Origin: Phycisphaerales bacterium
Lineage (GTDB): Bacteria; Planctomycetota; Phycisphaerae; UBA1845
Length of the DNA stretch: 64,000 bases
Assembly: GCA_020852275.1 (NCBI GenBank)
Contig: JADZBE010000026.1
Coordinates: 116,316-180,315, forward strand
Direction of reading: 5' to 3'
Shown here: one piece after another, positions 15,934 to 24,801 of the stretch
Layout: every line of letters begins with the position of its first letter
Numbering within the stretch: the stretch's first letter is position 1
Notes under the pieces: model-generated
The model's input: only the letters and a program-made list of their open reading frames with translations
Told to the model about the DNA's origin: nothing
Database searches by the model: none
Translations under genes and position numbers: made by a program

Positions 15934-17676
15934 CTAGATCAGGCCCATTTCCTGATCGCCGTCCGTGTGCAGTCCTCCGCGACGGGCTTTCGGTCGGCGC
16001 TCGGCGGCGCTTTCCGTATCCTGGTCGGCGCTCCACTCCGCTCGTTTCTTGGACAGACCGATCTTCCGGTCCACCGGATCGACCCGCAGGATCTTGACCT
16101 GGATGCGGTCCCCGATCTTGACCTCCTGGTGCGGGTCTTCAACCTTATGATCGGCGAGTTCGCTGACGTGCAACAGCCCTTCGAGGTCCTCTTCCAGCTC
16201 GACGAACACGCCGAAGTTGGTGATCTTCGTGACTTTGCCCTCCACGATCTGCCCGGGGATGTAATTCTCGGGCACGGCCCGGACCCAGGGGTCTTCGTGG
16301 AGTTGCTTGAGACCCAGCGCGATGCGCTGATTTTCCTCGTCCACTTTCAGCACGACGCACTCCGTCTCGTCGCCCTTCTTGAGCAGCTCCGACGGATGCG
16401 TGATTTTCTTGGTCCAGCTCAGGTCGGAGACGTGCAAAAGCCCGTCCACGCCCTCCTCGATCTCCACAAAGGCCCCATAATTGGTCAGGTTGCGGATGCG
16501 GCCCTTGATGCGCGTGTTCGGCGGGTACTTCTGCGCGACCTGCGTCCACGGGTTCACCTGCGTCTGCTTGATGCCCAGCGAGATTTCCTGCTTGTCCTTG
16601 TTGACGTCGAGCACCACCACTTCGATCGAGTCGCCCGCGTTGAGGATCTCGGACGGGTGATTGATGCGCCGGGTCCAGCTCATCTCGCTGATGTGCACCA
16701 GACCTTCCACGCCCGGCTCGATCTTCACGAACGCGCCGTAGTTCATGATGTTGACCACTTCGCCCTTGACCTTGCGCCCCACCGGGTAATTCTGCTCGAT
16801 CTGCTCCCACGGATTGGCCGAGAGCTGCTTGAGCCCCAGCGCGATCTTCTCCCGGTCGCGGTCGATCGTGAGCACCTTCACTTCGATTTCGTCGTCGATG
16901 CGCAGCAGCTCCTGCGGATGCCCCACGCGGTCCCAGCTCATGTCCGTGATGTGCAGCAGACCGTCGATGCCGCCGAGGTCCACGAACGCGCCGAAATCCG
17001 CGAGGTTCTTGACGATGCCCTTGCGCACCTGGCCCTCTTCGAGGCTCGACATCAACGCTTCCTTCGCGGCGTTGCGGCTCTCTTCGATCAGCTTCCGCCG
17101 CGAAATCACGATGTTGCGCCGCTCGACGTCGATCTTGATGATCTTCGCCTCCACCGTCGTCCCGATCATCTCGCCGATGTCGCCCGGGCGGCGGATGTCC
17201 ACCTGGGAGGCCGGAAGGAACACGGGATACCCCACGTCCACCAGAAGCCCGCCCTTGATCTTCCGCATGACCGTGCCCGCGACGAGATCGCCTTCCTTCT
17301 TGGTCTCAACGATGCGCTGCCAGTTCAGCAGGCGGTCGGCCTTGCGCTTGGAGAGGACGATGTGCCCGTCGGATTCGGACTCGACGGCTTCGAGCCAGAC
17401 CTGAACGGTGGCGCCGACCTCCACCTCCTTGGCGTTGTCCCACTCACCGGCGGGGACGATGCCCTCGCTCTTGAGTCCCACGTCCACCACGAGGTCGTCG
17501 CCGGCGCGCCCGACGATGCGACCGGTGAGGATCGTGCCCGGGCGATACTCGGTCTCGGTCGGGCAGGTCAGCGTGCCGACCGTCTGATCGGAGGCATCGC
17601 CAAAAATCTCGCTCATCAGCGAATCCAGCTCGCCGCCGCCCTTGTCCAGTTCATTAATGAGATTGAAATCAACCAT
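15934..17676 (-). CDS. rpsA: 30S ribosomal protein S1
   Basis: 580 aa with six S1 (OB-fold) repeats. Recurring patterns are G-IV-G-V----FGAFV-L--G-EGL-HISE. Confidence 0.92.
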   Translation of the reverse strand: MVDFNLINELDKGGGELDSLMSEIFGDASDQTVGTLTCPTETEYRPGTILTGRIVGRAGDDLVVDVGLKSEGIVPAGEWDNAKEVEVGATVQVWLEAVESESDGHIVLSKRKADRLLNWQRIVETKKEGDLVAGTVMRKIKGGLLVDVGYPVFLPASQVDIRRPGDIGEMIGTTVEAKIIKIDVERRNIVISRRKLIEESRNAAKEALMSSLEEGQVRKGIVKNLADFGAFVDLGGIDGLLHITDMSWDRVGHPQELLRIDDEIEVKVLTIDRDREKIALGLKQLSANPWEQIEQNYPVGRKVKGEVVNIMNYGAFVKIEPGVEGLVHISEMSWTRRINHPSEILNAGDSIEVVVLDVNKDKQEISLGIKQTQVNPWTQVAQKYPPNTRIKGRIRNLTNYGAFVEIEEGVDGLLHVSDLSWTKKITHPSELLKKGDETECVVLKVDEENQRIALGLKQLHEDPWVRAVPENYIPGQIVEGKVTKITNFGVFVELEEDLEGLLHVSELADHKVEDPHQEVKIGDRIQVKILRVDPVDRKIGLSKKRAEWSADQDTESAAERRPKARRGGLHTDGDQEMGLI

Positions 17677-17987
17677 GACACTTCACGTGAATTCGGAACG
17701 CTCGAAGCCGCAAGAGGAGGGGGAGAGGCTCGGACCGACTCGACGTACGCGAACAAGGAAGCCCTCGGAAAACCAGCCTCCCCGGCGGGAGCTTCCTCCC
17801 CGCCCGGTCGGCGAACGCAAACGGGCAGCATCGGTCCAGTCGCCGGCGGAGTCAAGCCCCCGGGTGAATGCCCGCCTCACGCCTCACGGGGGCAGGGCAA
17901 CCACATTCTGACCCCGAGTCGGCGTGGCATCGTCCGGCGTGTCTTCCATGCCCTGGAGCGCCCGCGACTCCAGCGCACTCGGGCCGG

Positions 17988-18020
17988 CCACGGGCCCGCG
18001 GCTGCGGACCCGTGCCACCC
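17988..18020. repeat. Hairpin REP-like element
   Basis: CCACGGGCCCGCGGCTGCGGACCCGTGCCACCC, a member of the main GGTGGCAC family. Confidence 0.8.
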
Positions 18021-18127
18021 GCTGGTCCTGCATTCCTCAGAATGCGGTTGCCCTGCTCACGGGGGTCTGCCCACGGTTCTTGGCATTTCCGTTCGAGCCA
18101 CCCCCGATTTCGATTTCGTCCTGGGAG

Positions 18128-18220
18128 GCTCGACCCATGGCCCGAGGTCGAGTGGACTCGATGCCCGAAGCCGAGTCAGCTCGATCTCCGAAGCGAAGTC
18201 GGCTCGATTTCCGGAGCAGC
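18128..18220. repeat. 23-bp tandem repeat, about 3.5 units
   Basis: The units are cccgaggtcgagtggactcgatg (18141), cccgaagccgagtcagctcgatc (18164) and tccgaagcgaagtcggctcgatt (18187), with partial flanking units. Each unit has an internal short palindrome such as TCGAGTGGACTCGA. Confidence 0.75.
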
Positions 18221-18566
18221 GTCAGCCTGATCCCCGCAGGGGATCCAGGTGACTAGCCGTGGGCGCGGCCCACTGAAGCCGGCGCGTGAGGGACCCAACC
18301 CCGAGAGGAGTTGTACGTCTGCTGCGGTTCCGGCGCACGCTGGAGAACGGATGGTGCGACCCCTTCGAGTTTGGGATTGTTTCGATCACGCGCAACGGCA
18401 AAGCCCTGGCACGGGCGTGGCACACTGCCTGCGACGGGCAAGCACGCCCTTTCGTAAAGGGTGAGGCCGGAAAAATCCCAAGCTCTTCGGGGTCGAATGC
18501 TGGGCGGCGAAAATCCCGCGGGCTGCGCCTGCGGCTATTCACGTATTTCCCCTTCGGGGAAAGGAA

Positions 18567-18666
18567 CGATCGACGCCTTCACCCATCGATCGGCGCCTTC
18601 ACGAATCGGTCGACGCCTTCACCCATCGATCGGCGCCTTCACGCATCGATCGGCGCCTCCGCCGAT
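18567..18666. repeat. 20-bp tandem repeat, 5 units (CGATCGGCGCCTTCACNCAT consensus)
   Basis: The units start at 18567, 18587, 18607, 18627 and 18647. The array is 213 bp upstream of the GNAT gene start. Confidence 0.9.
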
Positions 18667-18878
18667 GTTCACGGGCGTGTCGTTGTTCATGGGTGCGCTT
18701 TCTTGAGGACAGGCCCGCCAATCACTTTTCGCCGAAGTCCGATGCCGATCGCTCCCCCGAAATCCCGGCTTCCTTGCCTTCCAGGGGCGGCCTGCCGCAA
18801 AGAAGGGCCAGTCCTTGCTGGATCGTTGCAGGCTCGTGCTTGCGTTCTTGCGAGACACCGGCGAAGGTGCTCCCCTCG

Positions 18879-19478
18879 ATGTCGCTGTCAACGCACAACC
18901 TGCGGATGCGCGCGGAATCGCGCCCTTCGGACGGCGCTGCCGTGCGCGAAATCGTCGCGTCGTCCGGCTTTTTTCATGCGTTCGAAATCGACGTGGCCTT
19001 GGAGCTGGTGGAGGACCGGCTGGCTCGCGGTGCGGCGAGCGACTACCGGTTCATCTTCGCTGACTTGGGCGGCAGGCGCGCTGACGTGGACCGCGAGGGT
19101 GCCAACGCCCACGGCGGAGGTGCTGACGCGGATGACGGGCGTGCGGACGAGGACTGCAAGCCCGTGGGGTATGCGTGCTACGGGCCGATCGCATGCACGC
19201 TCGGCAGCTTCGACCTGTACTGGATTGCGGTCCACGAGTTGTACCGCGGCGGCGGGCTGGGGCGGCGCCTGATGAGCGAGGTGGAAACCCGCATTGCCGG
19301 CGAAGGCGGGCGGAAGGTGTACATCGAGACTTCTTCCCGGCCGCAGTATGAGCCGACGCGCCGGTTTTATGAGCGTTGTGGATACGTCGTCGAAGCCGTG
19401 CTGCCCGACTTCTACGCCGCCGGCGATGGAAAGGTGATCCTTGCGAAATCGCTGACCACGCCTGACAGGTCTGGGTGA
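18879..19478 (+). CDS. GNAT family N-acetyltransferase
   Basis: The ORF is trimmed to ATG 18879. The acetyl-CoA binding motif region is WIAVHELYRGGGLGRRLMSEVETRIAGEGGRKVYIETSS...RRFYERCGY. A G/D/A-rich insertion lies in the N-terminal half. Confidence 0.75.
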   Translation: MSLSTHNLRMRAESRPSDGAAVREIVASSGFFHAFEIDVALELVEDRLARGAASDYRFIFADLGGRRADVDREGANAHGGGADADDGRADEDCKPVGYACYGPIACTLGSFDLYWIAVHELYRGGGLGRRLMSEVETRIAGEGGRKVYIETSSRPQYEPTRRFYERCGYVVEAVLPDFYAAGDGKVILAKSLTTPDRSG

Positions 19479-19587
19479 AGGTCCTTCCCGGTTGGGGCAC
19501 GGGCCTCCGCGGTGCGCCTTCAGCCCGAGCGTGCACGCCGGCTGAAGCCCGTCCCCGCGGAACATTACTTGAACCTCCCGCGGAGCT

Positions 19588-19938
19588 TCACTGGAAACGC
19601 CCGCGGAATTCCTCCGCCGGATACTTCTTCGCATTCTTCTTCATTTTGTCCGCCAGCGCCGCGGAGAGGTCGATGTCCAGCGCGTTGGCGAAGGACAGCA
19701 GGAAGGCCAGGACATCGGCCGCTTCCTCGCGGATCTCGGCGCACTTGGCGGCGTCACGCCGCACGGCGTCGAGCTGATCGGAGCGCAGCCACTGGAAGTG
19801 CTCCATCAGCTCCGCGGCCTCGATGAGAATGGAGGCCGCCAGGTTCTTGGGATCGTGAAACTGCTGCCAGTCGCGCTCGGCCACGAACTCCGCAACGTGC
19901 TTGCGCAGGTCCATGACGGTCGTCACCTGATCGTTCAT
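19588..19938 (-). CDS. MazG-like nucleotide pyrophosphohydrolase (DCTPP1-like, single domain)
   Basis: 116 aa. The sequence FVAERDWQQFHDPKNLAASILIEAAELMEHFQW...EEAADVLAFLL...KMKKNAKKYP matches the all-alpha MazG-type NTP-PPase pattern, including its EEXXE/D motifs. Confidence 0.75.
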   Translation of the reverse strand: MNDQVTTVMDLRKHVAEFVAERDWQQFHDPKNLAASILIEAAELMEHFQWLRSDQLDAVRRDAAKCAEIREEAADVLAFLLSFANALDIDLSAALADKMKKNAKKYPAEEFRGRFQ

Positions 19939-20047
19939 GCCGCCATGTTCCCGCCGGGCGGGGCGTTCGACAAGGAACTCAATGGGATCGCAGAGTGGGT
20001 TGCTGCTGAAACGCGCAGCATGTATTGCTCAAACCACTTCCAGGGCC

Positions 20048-20079
20048 CCACGGGTCCGCTGCTGCGGACCCGTGCCACC
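20048..20079. repeat. Hairpin REP-like element
   Basis: CCACGGGTCCGCTGCTGCGGACCCGTGCCACC. Its 29-nt core ACGGGTCCGCTGCTGCGGACCCGTGCCAC is identical to the copy at 56529. Confidence 0.85.
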
Positions 20080-20297
20080 TGCACACGGTCATTCCGGCTG
20101 CGGTTCCGCATGGGCTTCCTCCTGCGAAGGAGCTCCTGTCTATCCGTACAATCCGGGTGGTGGTTGCGCCAACGGAAGAAGCCGGGGACGAGGGGTCCCC
20201 GGCTTCTCCGCCCGGCCTGTGCACCCGGCGAATCGGTTCAACTTGCTCCTCCTCGAAAGCTGCTTTCCAGGAGACACGGTGCCGCATGGGTGTCAAT

Positions 20298-21230
20298 CTA
20301 GTGACACTCCGCTTTCTCGATCGCACCGCACTCGACGGCGCCGACTTCGTGAACCCCCTGCACGTTGCCGCAGAACTTGCCCACGGCCTTGCCGCGATCG
20401 TTGACCGTCTTGCGGGCGAAGACGCGGCCGTCGAGGGTGAACGTGGCCGGCGCGCCCGGCAGGGCGTTCGTCAGCTTGGCCTTGAACTGGTTGCCGCAGG
20501 TCCGCGGGCGGCAGGCGGTGACCGTCAGCTCCTCCAGCCCGGTGCAGGGCGGCGCGGGATCCACGGCGAAGGTGCCGTCCGGATACCATGTGATCATCTG
20601 CCCCGGCGGCACCTGGATGAGCCGATCGCGGAAGGGAGCGAAGTACGGCGTGGACACGATCGGGATAGGGTTCGTCGGGTAGTTGATGAACTGTGCGTAT
20701 TCCTGCCCGTCATCGCTGATGCCGTAGTTGCCGCTGTACACCGTGGACTCGCCCGGCGGCGTGGGGTCGATGGCGACGGCGGCGGCCATCGCGCTGTTCA
20801 TGCCGCAATGTCCGCTGCCCTCGCAGGATTCGCCTTCAATGATGGTCGCGCTCGACTCCTGCGAGCCTTCCTCGAGCACCAGGTCGAAGTAGCCTCCCGG
20901 CGGCAGGTTGCCCGGTCCGGCGCCGATGTCCGTGCCGACGTGGAGGTACTTGATCTTCGACAGGCCCGTGCCGACGACCTTCCCCGAATTGGGGCAATCG
21001 CCGACGCGCCGCCAAGTGATCTCCGAAAAATTGCCCGGCAGGCCGATCGTGTCGCACGTGGACAGCACGGTCCCCGCCGCGAGATCAACGTAAGTGTCCG
21101 TCCCGCGTTTCTTGACCAGCGCGCCGCGCGAGTCGTCAACCACAATGTCCACCGCGCTGGCCGCCTGCACGGCGATCGCCACGACGATCAGCCCCATCCC
21201 GTTCCTCAATTGGCTGCTTCCAAGCAACAT
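20298..21230 (-). CDS. Secreted hypothetical protein with Cys-bounded C-terminal module
   Basis: The N-terminal hydrophobic signal is MGLIVVAIAVQAASA. Composition is diverse, unlike the Arg/Ala-rich antisense ORF. The C-terminal ~65 aa resemble the C-terminus of the PPAD-like protein at 44659..46425. Confidence 0.6.
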   Translation of the reverse strand: MLLGSSQLRNGMGLIVVAIAVQAASAVDIVVDDSRGALVKKRGTDTYVDLAAGTVLSTCDTIGLPGNFSEITWRRVGDCPNSGKVVGTGLSKIKYLHVGTDIGAGPGNLPPGGYFDLVLEEGSQESSATIIEGESCEGSGHCGMNSAMAAAVAIDPTPPGESTVYSGNYGISDDGQEYAQFINYPTNPIPIVSTPYFAPFRDRLIQVPPGQMITWYPDGTFAVDPAPPCTGLEELTVTACRPRTCGNQFKAKLTNALPGAPATFTLDGRVFARKTVNDRGKAVGKFCGNVQGVHEVGAVECGAIEKAECH

Positions 21231-21461
21231 GGTCCTACTCCTCTTCTAAATCATGTGCTCGATCGAATCATCCCGAGGCCGTCGCGTGGGTGACGCCCGC
21301 ACCCAGCCTCCCGGATTCCTTCGAGTCAGGCGACGCATTCCTTACACCCGGCGAAACGCGCAGCCGGCGTGGACGCGACGGAGCCATTACCAAGGCGCCG
21401 GCAGGCTCGTTTCCGAGGATGCTCGGGACTATCATGTCAAGGTCTGGAGGGATCAGGCCCG

Positions 21462-21935
21462 ATGGCGCAGGAGTCTCAGAACAGACTGGTGGAGTGGTAT
21501 CTGGCGATTCGCGCCTGGGTGCCGGCGGCTCGGCGCGGAGTGGAGGCGTGGCTGGCGCAGGTGCGCGCGGAGCCGGCGCTGCTGTGGGAATCGTCGGCGG
21601 TGCGGTGCACGCTGCTGGGTCTGGGCGGGCTGGTGGTGGTGTGGATCGTTTCGACCGGCGTGAACCTGGTGGCGATCCCGCCGCCCGCGGACGCGCAGCC
21701 GCCGTCGGAGCGCGCGTACTTCCACGTGATTTGCGCCGACTCCTCGTGCCGGCATCATTTCACGCTCTTTGAGAAGAAGAGCTTCGACGATTTTCCGGTG
21801 AAGTGCCCGCGCTGTGGCAAGCTCGACGGAGCACAGGCGCGGCAGTGCTTCTCGAAGTCGTGCGGCGGGCGCTGGACCATTCCGCAGCTGCGCGACAAAC
21901 AACCCGTGTGCGGTTCCTGCGCGCAGCCGCTGTAG
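21462..21935 (+). CDS. Membrane-anchored zinc-ribbon protein (hypothetical)
   Basis: The ORF is trimmed to ATG 21462, which follows a GGAGGGA SD. One TM helix is present (CTLLGLGGLVVVWIVSTGVNLVAI). The Cys clusters are CADSSC...CPRCG and CFSKSC...CGSC. Confidence 0.55.
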   Translation: MAQESQNRLVEWYLAIRAWVPAARRGVEAWLAQVRAEPALLWESSAVRCTLLGLGGLVVVWIVSTGVNLVAIPPPADAQPPSERAYFHVICADSSCRHHFTLFEKKSFDDFPVKCPRCGKLDGAQARQCFSKSCGGRWTIPQLRDKQPVCGSCAQPL

Positions 21936-21958
21936 CGGTCAGTCGTGTAAGACAACGC

Positions 21959-22064
21959 TCGTCATTCCCGCGAAGGCGGGAATCCAGAAGGCGACTCGCG
22001 AGGCGGTGCGAATCCAGCGGTGCTGCCGGTGCGCACCGGACTCCCGCCTGCGCGGGGGCGACGG
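21959..22064. repeat. Composite ~100-bp hairpin element, inverted orientation
   Basis: TCGTCATTCCCGCGAAGGCGGGAATCCAG ... CTCCCGCCTGCGCGGGGGCGACGG. It belongs to the same family as 9141, 32428 and 59421. Confidence 0.8.
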
Positions 22065-22120
22065 ATGCCCCGCGTCCGGTTTCGAGTTCCACCACGGGCT
22101 GTTGGGATCTGGTTGGCCGC

Positions 22121-22870
22121 ATGAATGAAACGAAGACTTCGCCGGTCTGGAACGAGGAATCGCTGCGTGATCCGCACGAAGCGAGCGACAAGTCGCGGCG
22201 CGTGCGCGTCATGTTCGACGCGATCGCGCCGACGTACGAGCGCGTCAACCGCTGGTTCAGCTTTGGGCGCGACGCGTCGTGGCGGAGGCAGGCCGTGCGG
22301 CTGGCGGGTGTCGGCGCGGCGGACGCGGTTCTGGACGTGGCCTGCGGGACGGGGGATCTGTCGCGCGCATTTGCCGTCGGCGGCGCGGGTCAGGTGGTCG
22401 GGTGCGACTTCGCGCTGGGGATGCTGAAGCTGGCGGCGCGGCGACCTGTTTCGCGCGCGACGTGGTGCGCGGGCGACGCGCTGGCGCTGCCGTTCGCCGA
22501 TGCGACATTCGACGTGGCGAGTTGTGCGTTCGGCGTGCGCAATTTTCAGGATCTGGACGCTGGGCTGCGGGAGTTTCATCGCGTGCTGCGCGGAGGCGGG
22601 CGGGCGGTGATTCTGGAGTTCACCCGGCCCGCGCGGCGCGCGATCCGCGGGGCGTACGAGTGGTACAGCGGCAAGGTCATGCCGCTCCTGGCGACGTGGA
22701 TGTCGCGCGACCGCAGCGGCGCGTATCGCTACCTGCCGCGGTCGGTGGTATCGTTTCCGGGCGCGTCGGAGATGTCGGATCGGCTCCGCGCGGCGGGTTT
22801 TTCACGCGTGCTGGCGTCGCCGCGCACGTTCGGCGTGGTGACGATTTACGTGGCGTGGAAAGAGGCGTGA
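22121..22870 (+). CDS. ubiE: Demethylmenaquinone/ubiquinone C-methyltransferase (UbiE/MenG)
   Basis: The ORF is trimmed to ATG 22121. Family motifs include VRVMFDAIAPTYERVNRWFSFG and LDVACGTGDL (SAM motif I). Further motifs are FGVRNFQDLDAGLREFHRVLRGGGRAVILEF and YRYLPRSVVSFP. Confidence 0.85.
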   Translation: MNETKTSPVWNEESLRDPHEASDKSRRVRVMFDAIAPTYERVNRWFSFGRDASWRRQAVRLAGVGAADAVLDVACGTGDLSRAFAVGGAGQVVGCDFALGMLKLAARRPVSRATWCAGDALALPFADATFDVASCAFGVRNFQDLDAGLREFHRVLRGGGRAVILEFTRPARRAIRGAYEWYSGKVMPLLATWMSRDRSGAYRYLPRSVVSFPGASEMSDRLRAAGFSRVLASPRTFGVVTIYVAWKEA

Positions 22871-24801
22871 TGTCTGAAGCGGTGATGACCTTGGAGCCGC
22901 AGTCGGCGGCACGACCCTCCACCGATGTCTGGTCGCGCCACGGCGGGCGGTATCGCGCGCGGGCCATCCTCCTGCTGTGTCTGAACGTCCTCCTGTTCTC
23001 CGGCGTGTGCTGCTTCGCCTACTGGCTGCGCACCGGCGTGTTCCTCGCGCCGTGGCAGGAAGGGTACTGGAGCGTCCTGTTCCTCACGTTTCGCTTCACC
23101 GGAGAGGCGCACGTCACCTTGGCGTCGTTTCTGCTGGGACCGATGCGGGTGTCGGACGTGCCGGGGCTGATACCGATCCTGGGGTTGCTGGTGGCAGGCA
23201 TGGTCACGATCCCCGTGGTGGTGGCGATACTTTACCGGCTGACGTCCTCGCTGCCGTTCGTGGCGGTGGTGGCGTTCCTGGCGGTGATGCCGTGGCTGGC
23301 CATCACGCTGCTGGGTTGTTGCGTGCTGGCGACGTACCGGAGATTTCGTCAGCGGTCGCCGTTCATGTCGGCCATGATCGCGCTGCTTCCGGTGGTGCTG
23401 TACTTCGTGCTGGCGTCGCGCGGCACGGAGGCGCAGGTGGGCGATCTGCTCGACCCGCTGGACAAGATCCGATTTCTCGCGCCGTGGGCGATCGCCATCG
23501 TCTCGGGCGCGCTGCTGGTGGCGCTGGTCCTGGGCATCGCCCGCGTCGTGAACTACCGACCGGGCGCCATCGCGCCCGTGCTGACGCTGATGTTCTGTCT
23601 CCCCGCCGTGCTGTTTGAGTTCCAGGTCGGGCGCGACGAGCTGCATTACCGCCTGATCGAGCAGGGCAACCGCGGGTTCTTCGCCGACCGGCTGGAAGAC
23701 TGGGCCGCGCTCGACGCCTCGGCGGACTTGTACCGGCTGGCCGAGCAGGAGTGGTTCAGCACGCCCGAGCCGCGCCCGCGGTTCGACGAGGTGCTGGAGC
23801 GCGTGAAACTTCAGTGGAGCCTGCTCGGCCCCGAGCGCGAGCGCCAGGATGTCGAAGGGTTCCTGGCGATCGAAGGTTCCGTCCTGCTCGAGCATCAGGT
23901 CGCCTTCGCCCGCCAGTGCGATGAGTTTCTTCGCTACTACCCCGACAGCCGTTACGCGCCGAACGTGCTGTTCCTCAAGGCGTCCGCCTGGTGCAAGCGC
24001 GTGGACCTGCGCGAGTTCCGCCGCGGGAACTGGATTCGCTTCTACGATGATTTTCCGCATCCCGCTTCGGCGTTCGAGTGGCGGCGGCTGCTCGTGAACT
24101 TTCCGGACTCGGGGCTGTCCGACGTGGCTCGGCTGCGGCTGGCTCAACTGGAGATCCGCCGGTGCCACATCGGCGCGGCGCGGGAGCTTCTTGACGACCT
24201 GCTCAGCGCCGCCCCGCGAACGCTCCATGAGGAGGATGGCGGCGGCGCCGCGACGACCCCTTGGCGGGCCTTTCTACAGCGACGCCCCGCGTCACAGGGT
24301 CTGATCGTGAATCTCAAGCACATTCGCCTGGAGGCGCGGCGGCTTGGCGACCTGATCGAGCACAACAACGACCCGACCGTCGGTTACGCCCCGCTGTGCG
24401 GCGACGATCGCCCCGAAGCCGGGCTGCGGTTCGGCCTGCTTCAACTGGATCCCCACGGCGCCGGCTACATGAGCCAGGTGCAGGCGATCAAGGACGCGTA
24501 CCCGGACTCGCTGTGGACCGACAACCTTGATCTTGAGCTGGCGCGCGTCGAATCCGACCCGGACACGCGCATCGAACGATTCACGGCTTTCCTCGGCAAA
24601 CATGCCGGAAAGAGCGGCGACGCCGAGCCGGAGGCGAGATTCCTCCTGGGGGCGGCGCTGCAGCAGGCCAACCGGCTGCCCGAGGCGGCTGCGGAGTTCG
24701 ACACGCTCCTCCGCCTGTTTCCCGACAGCCCCTGGGCCGCCGAAGCCAAGCCCCTCATGTCATCCCCCGTCCCGTTTTCCCAGGAGCCAGCCGTCCCATG
24801 A
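22870..24801 (+). CDS. Polytopic membrane protein with C-terminal TPR-like domain (unknown function)
   Basis: ATG 22870 overlaps the ubiE stop, and its own stop overlaps the ubiX ATG (ATGA at 24798). About 7-8 hydrophobic helices occupy the first ~270 aa. A soluble helical region follows, with YbgF/TPR-like segments (YPDSRYAPNVLFLKASAW, FPDSGLSDVARLRLAQLEI, FPDSPWAAEAKPL). Confidence 0.7.
   Translation: MSEAVMTLEPQSAARPSTDVWSRHGGRYRARAILLLCLNVLLFSGVCCFAYWLRTGVFLAPWQEGYWSVLFLTFRFTGEAHVTLASFLLGPMRVSDVPGLIPILGLLVAGMVTIPVVVAILYRLTSSLPFVAVVAFLAVMPWLAITLLGCCVLATYRRFRQRSPFMSAMIALLPVVLYFVLASRGTEAQVGDLLDPLDKIRFLAPWAIAIVSGALLVALVLGIARVVNYRPGAIAPVLTLMFCLPAVLFEFQVGRDELHYRLIEQGNRGFFADRLEDWAALDASADLYRLAEQEWFSTPEPRPRFDEVLERVKLQWSLLGPERERQDVEGFLAIEGSVLLEHQVAFARQCDEFLRYYPDSRYAPNVLFLKASAWCKRVDLREFRRGNWIRFYDDFPHPASAFEWRRLLVNFPDSGLSDVARLRLAQLEIRRCHIGAARELLDDLLSAAPRTLHEEDGGGAATTPWRAFLQRRPASQGLIVNLKHIRLEARRLGDLIEHNNDPTVGYAPLCGDDRPEAGLRFGLLQLDPHGAGYMSQVQAIKDAYPDSLWTDNLDLELARVESDPDTRIERFTAFLGKHAGKSGDAEPEARFLLGAALQQANRLPEAAAEFDTLLRLFPDSPWAAEAKPLMSSPVPFSQEPAVP

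Noticed and set aside
17677-18560. A known housekeeping ncRNA (RNase P RNA, tmRNA, SRP RNA) in the large gap upstream of rpsA.
   Set aside because: I looked on both strands for GAGGAAAGUCC, a tRNA-like GGUUCGA-UCC acceptor end and the SRP GGAA/AGCA motif. None was found. An unrecognised RNA remains possible and is listed as a finding.
18567-18666. Whether the regular arrays at 18567, 43755 and 56587 could be CRISPR arrays.
   Set aside because: The periods are only 19-20 bp, with no alternating unique spacers of 25-40 bp. No cas genes are present, and the units are contiguous direct repeats. They are tandem repeats, not CRISPR.
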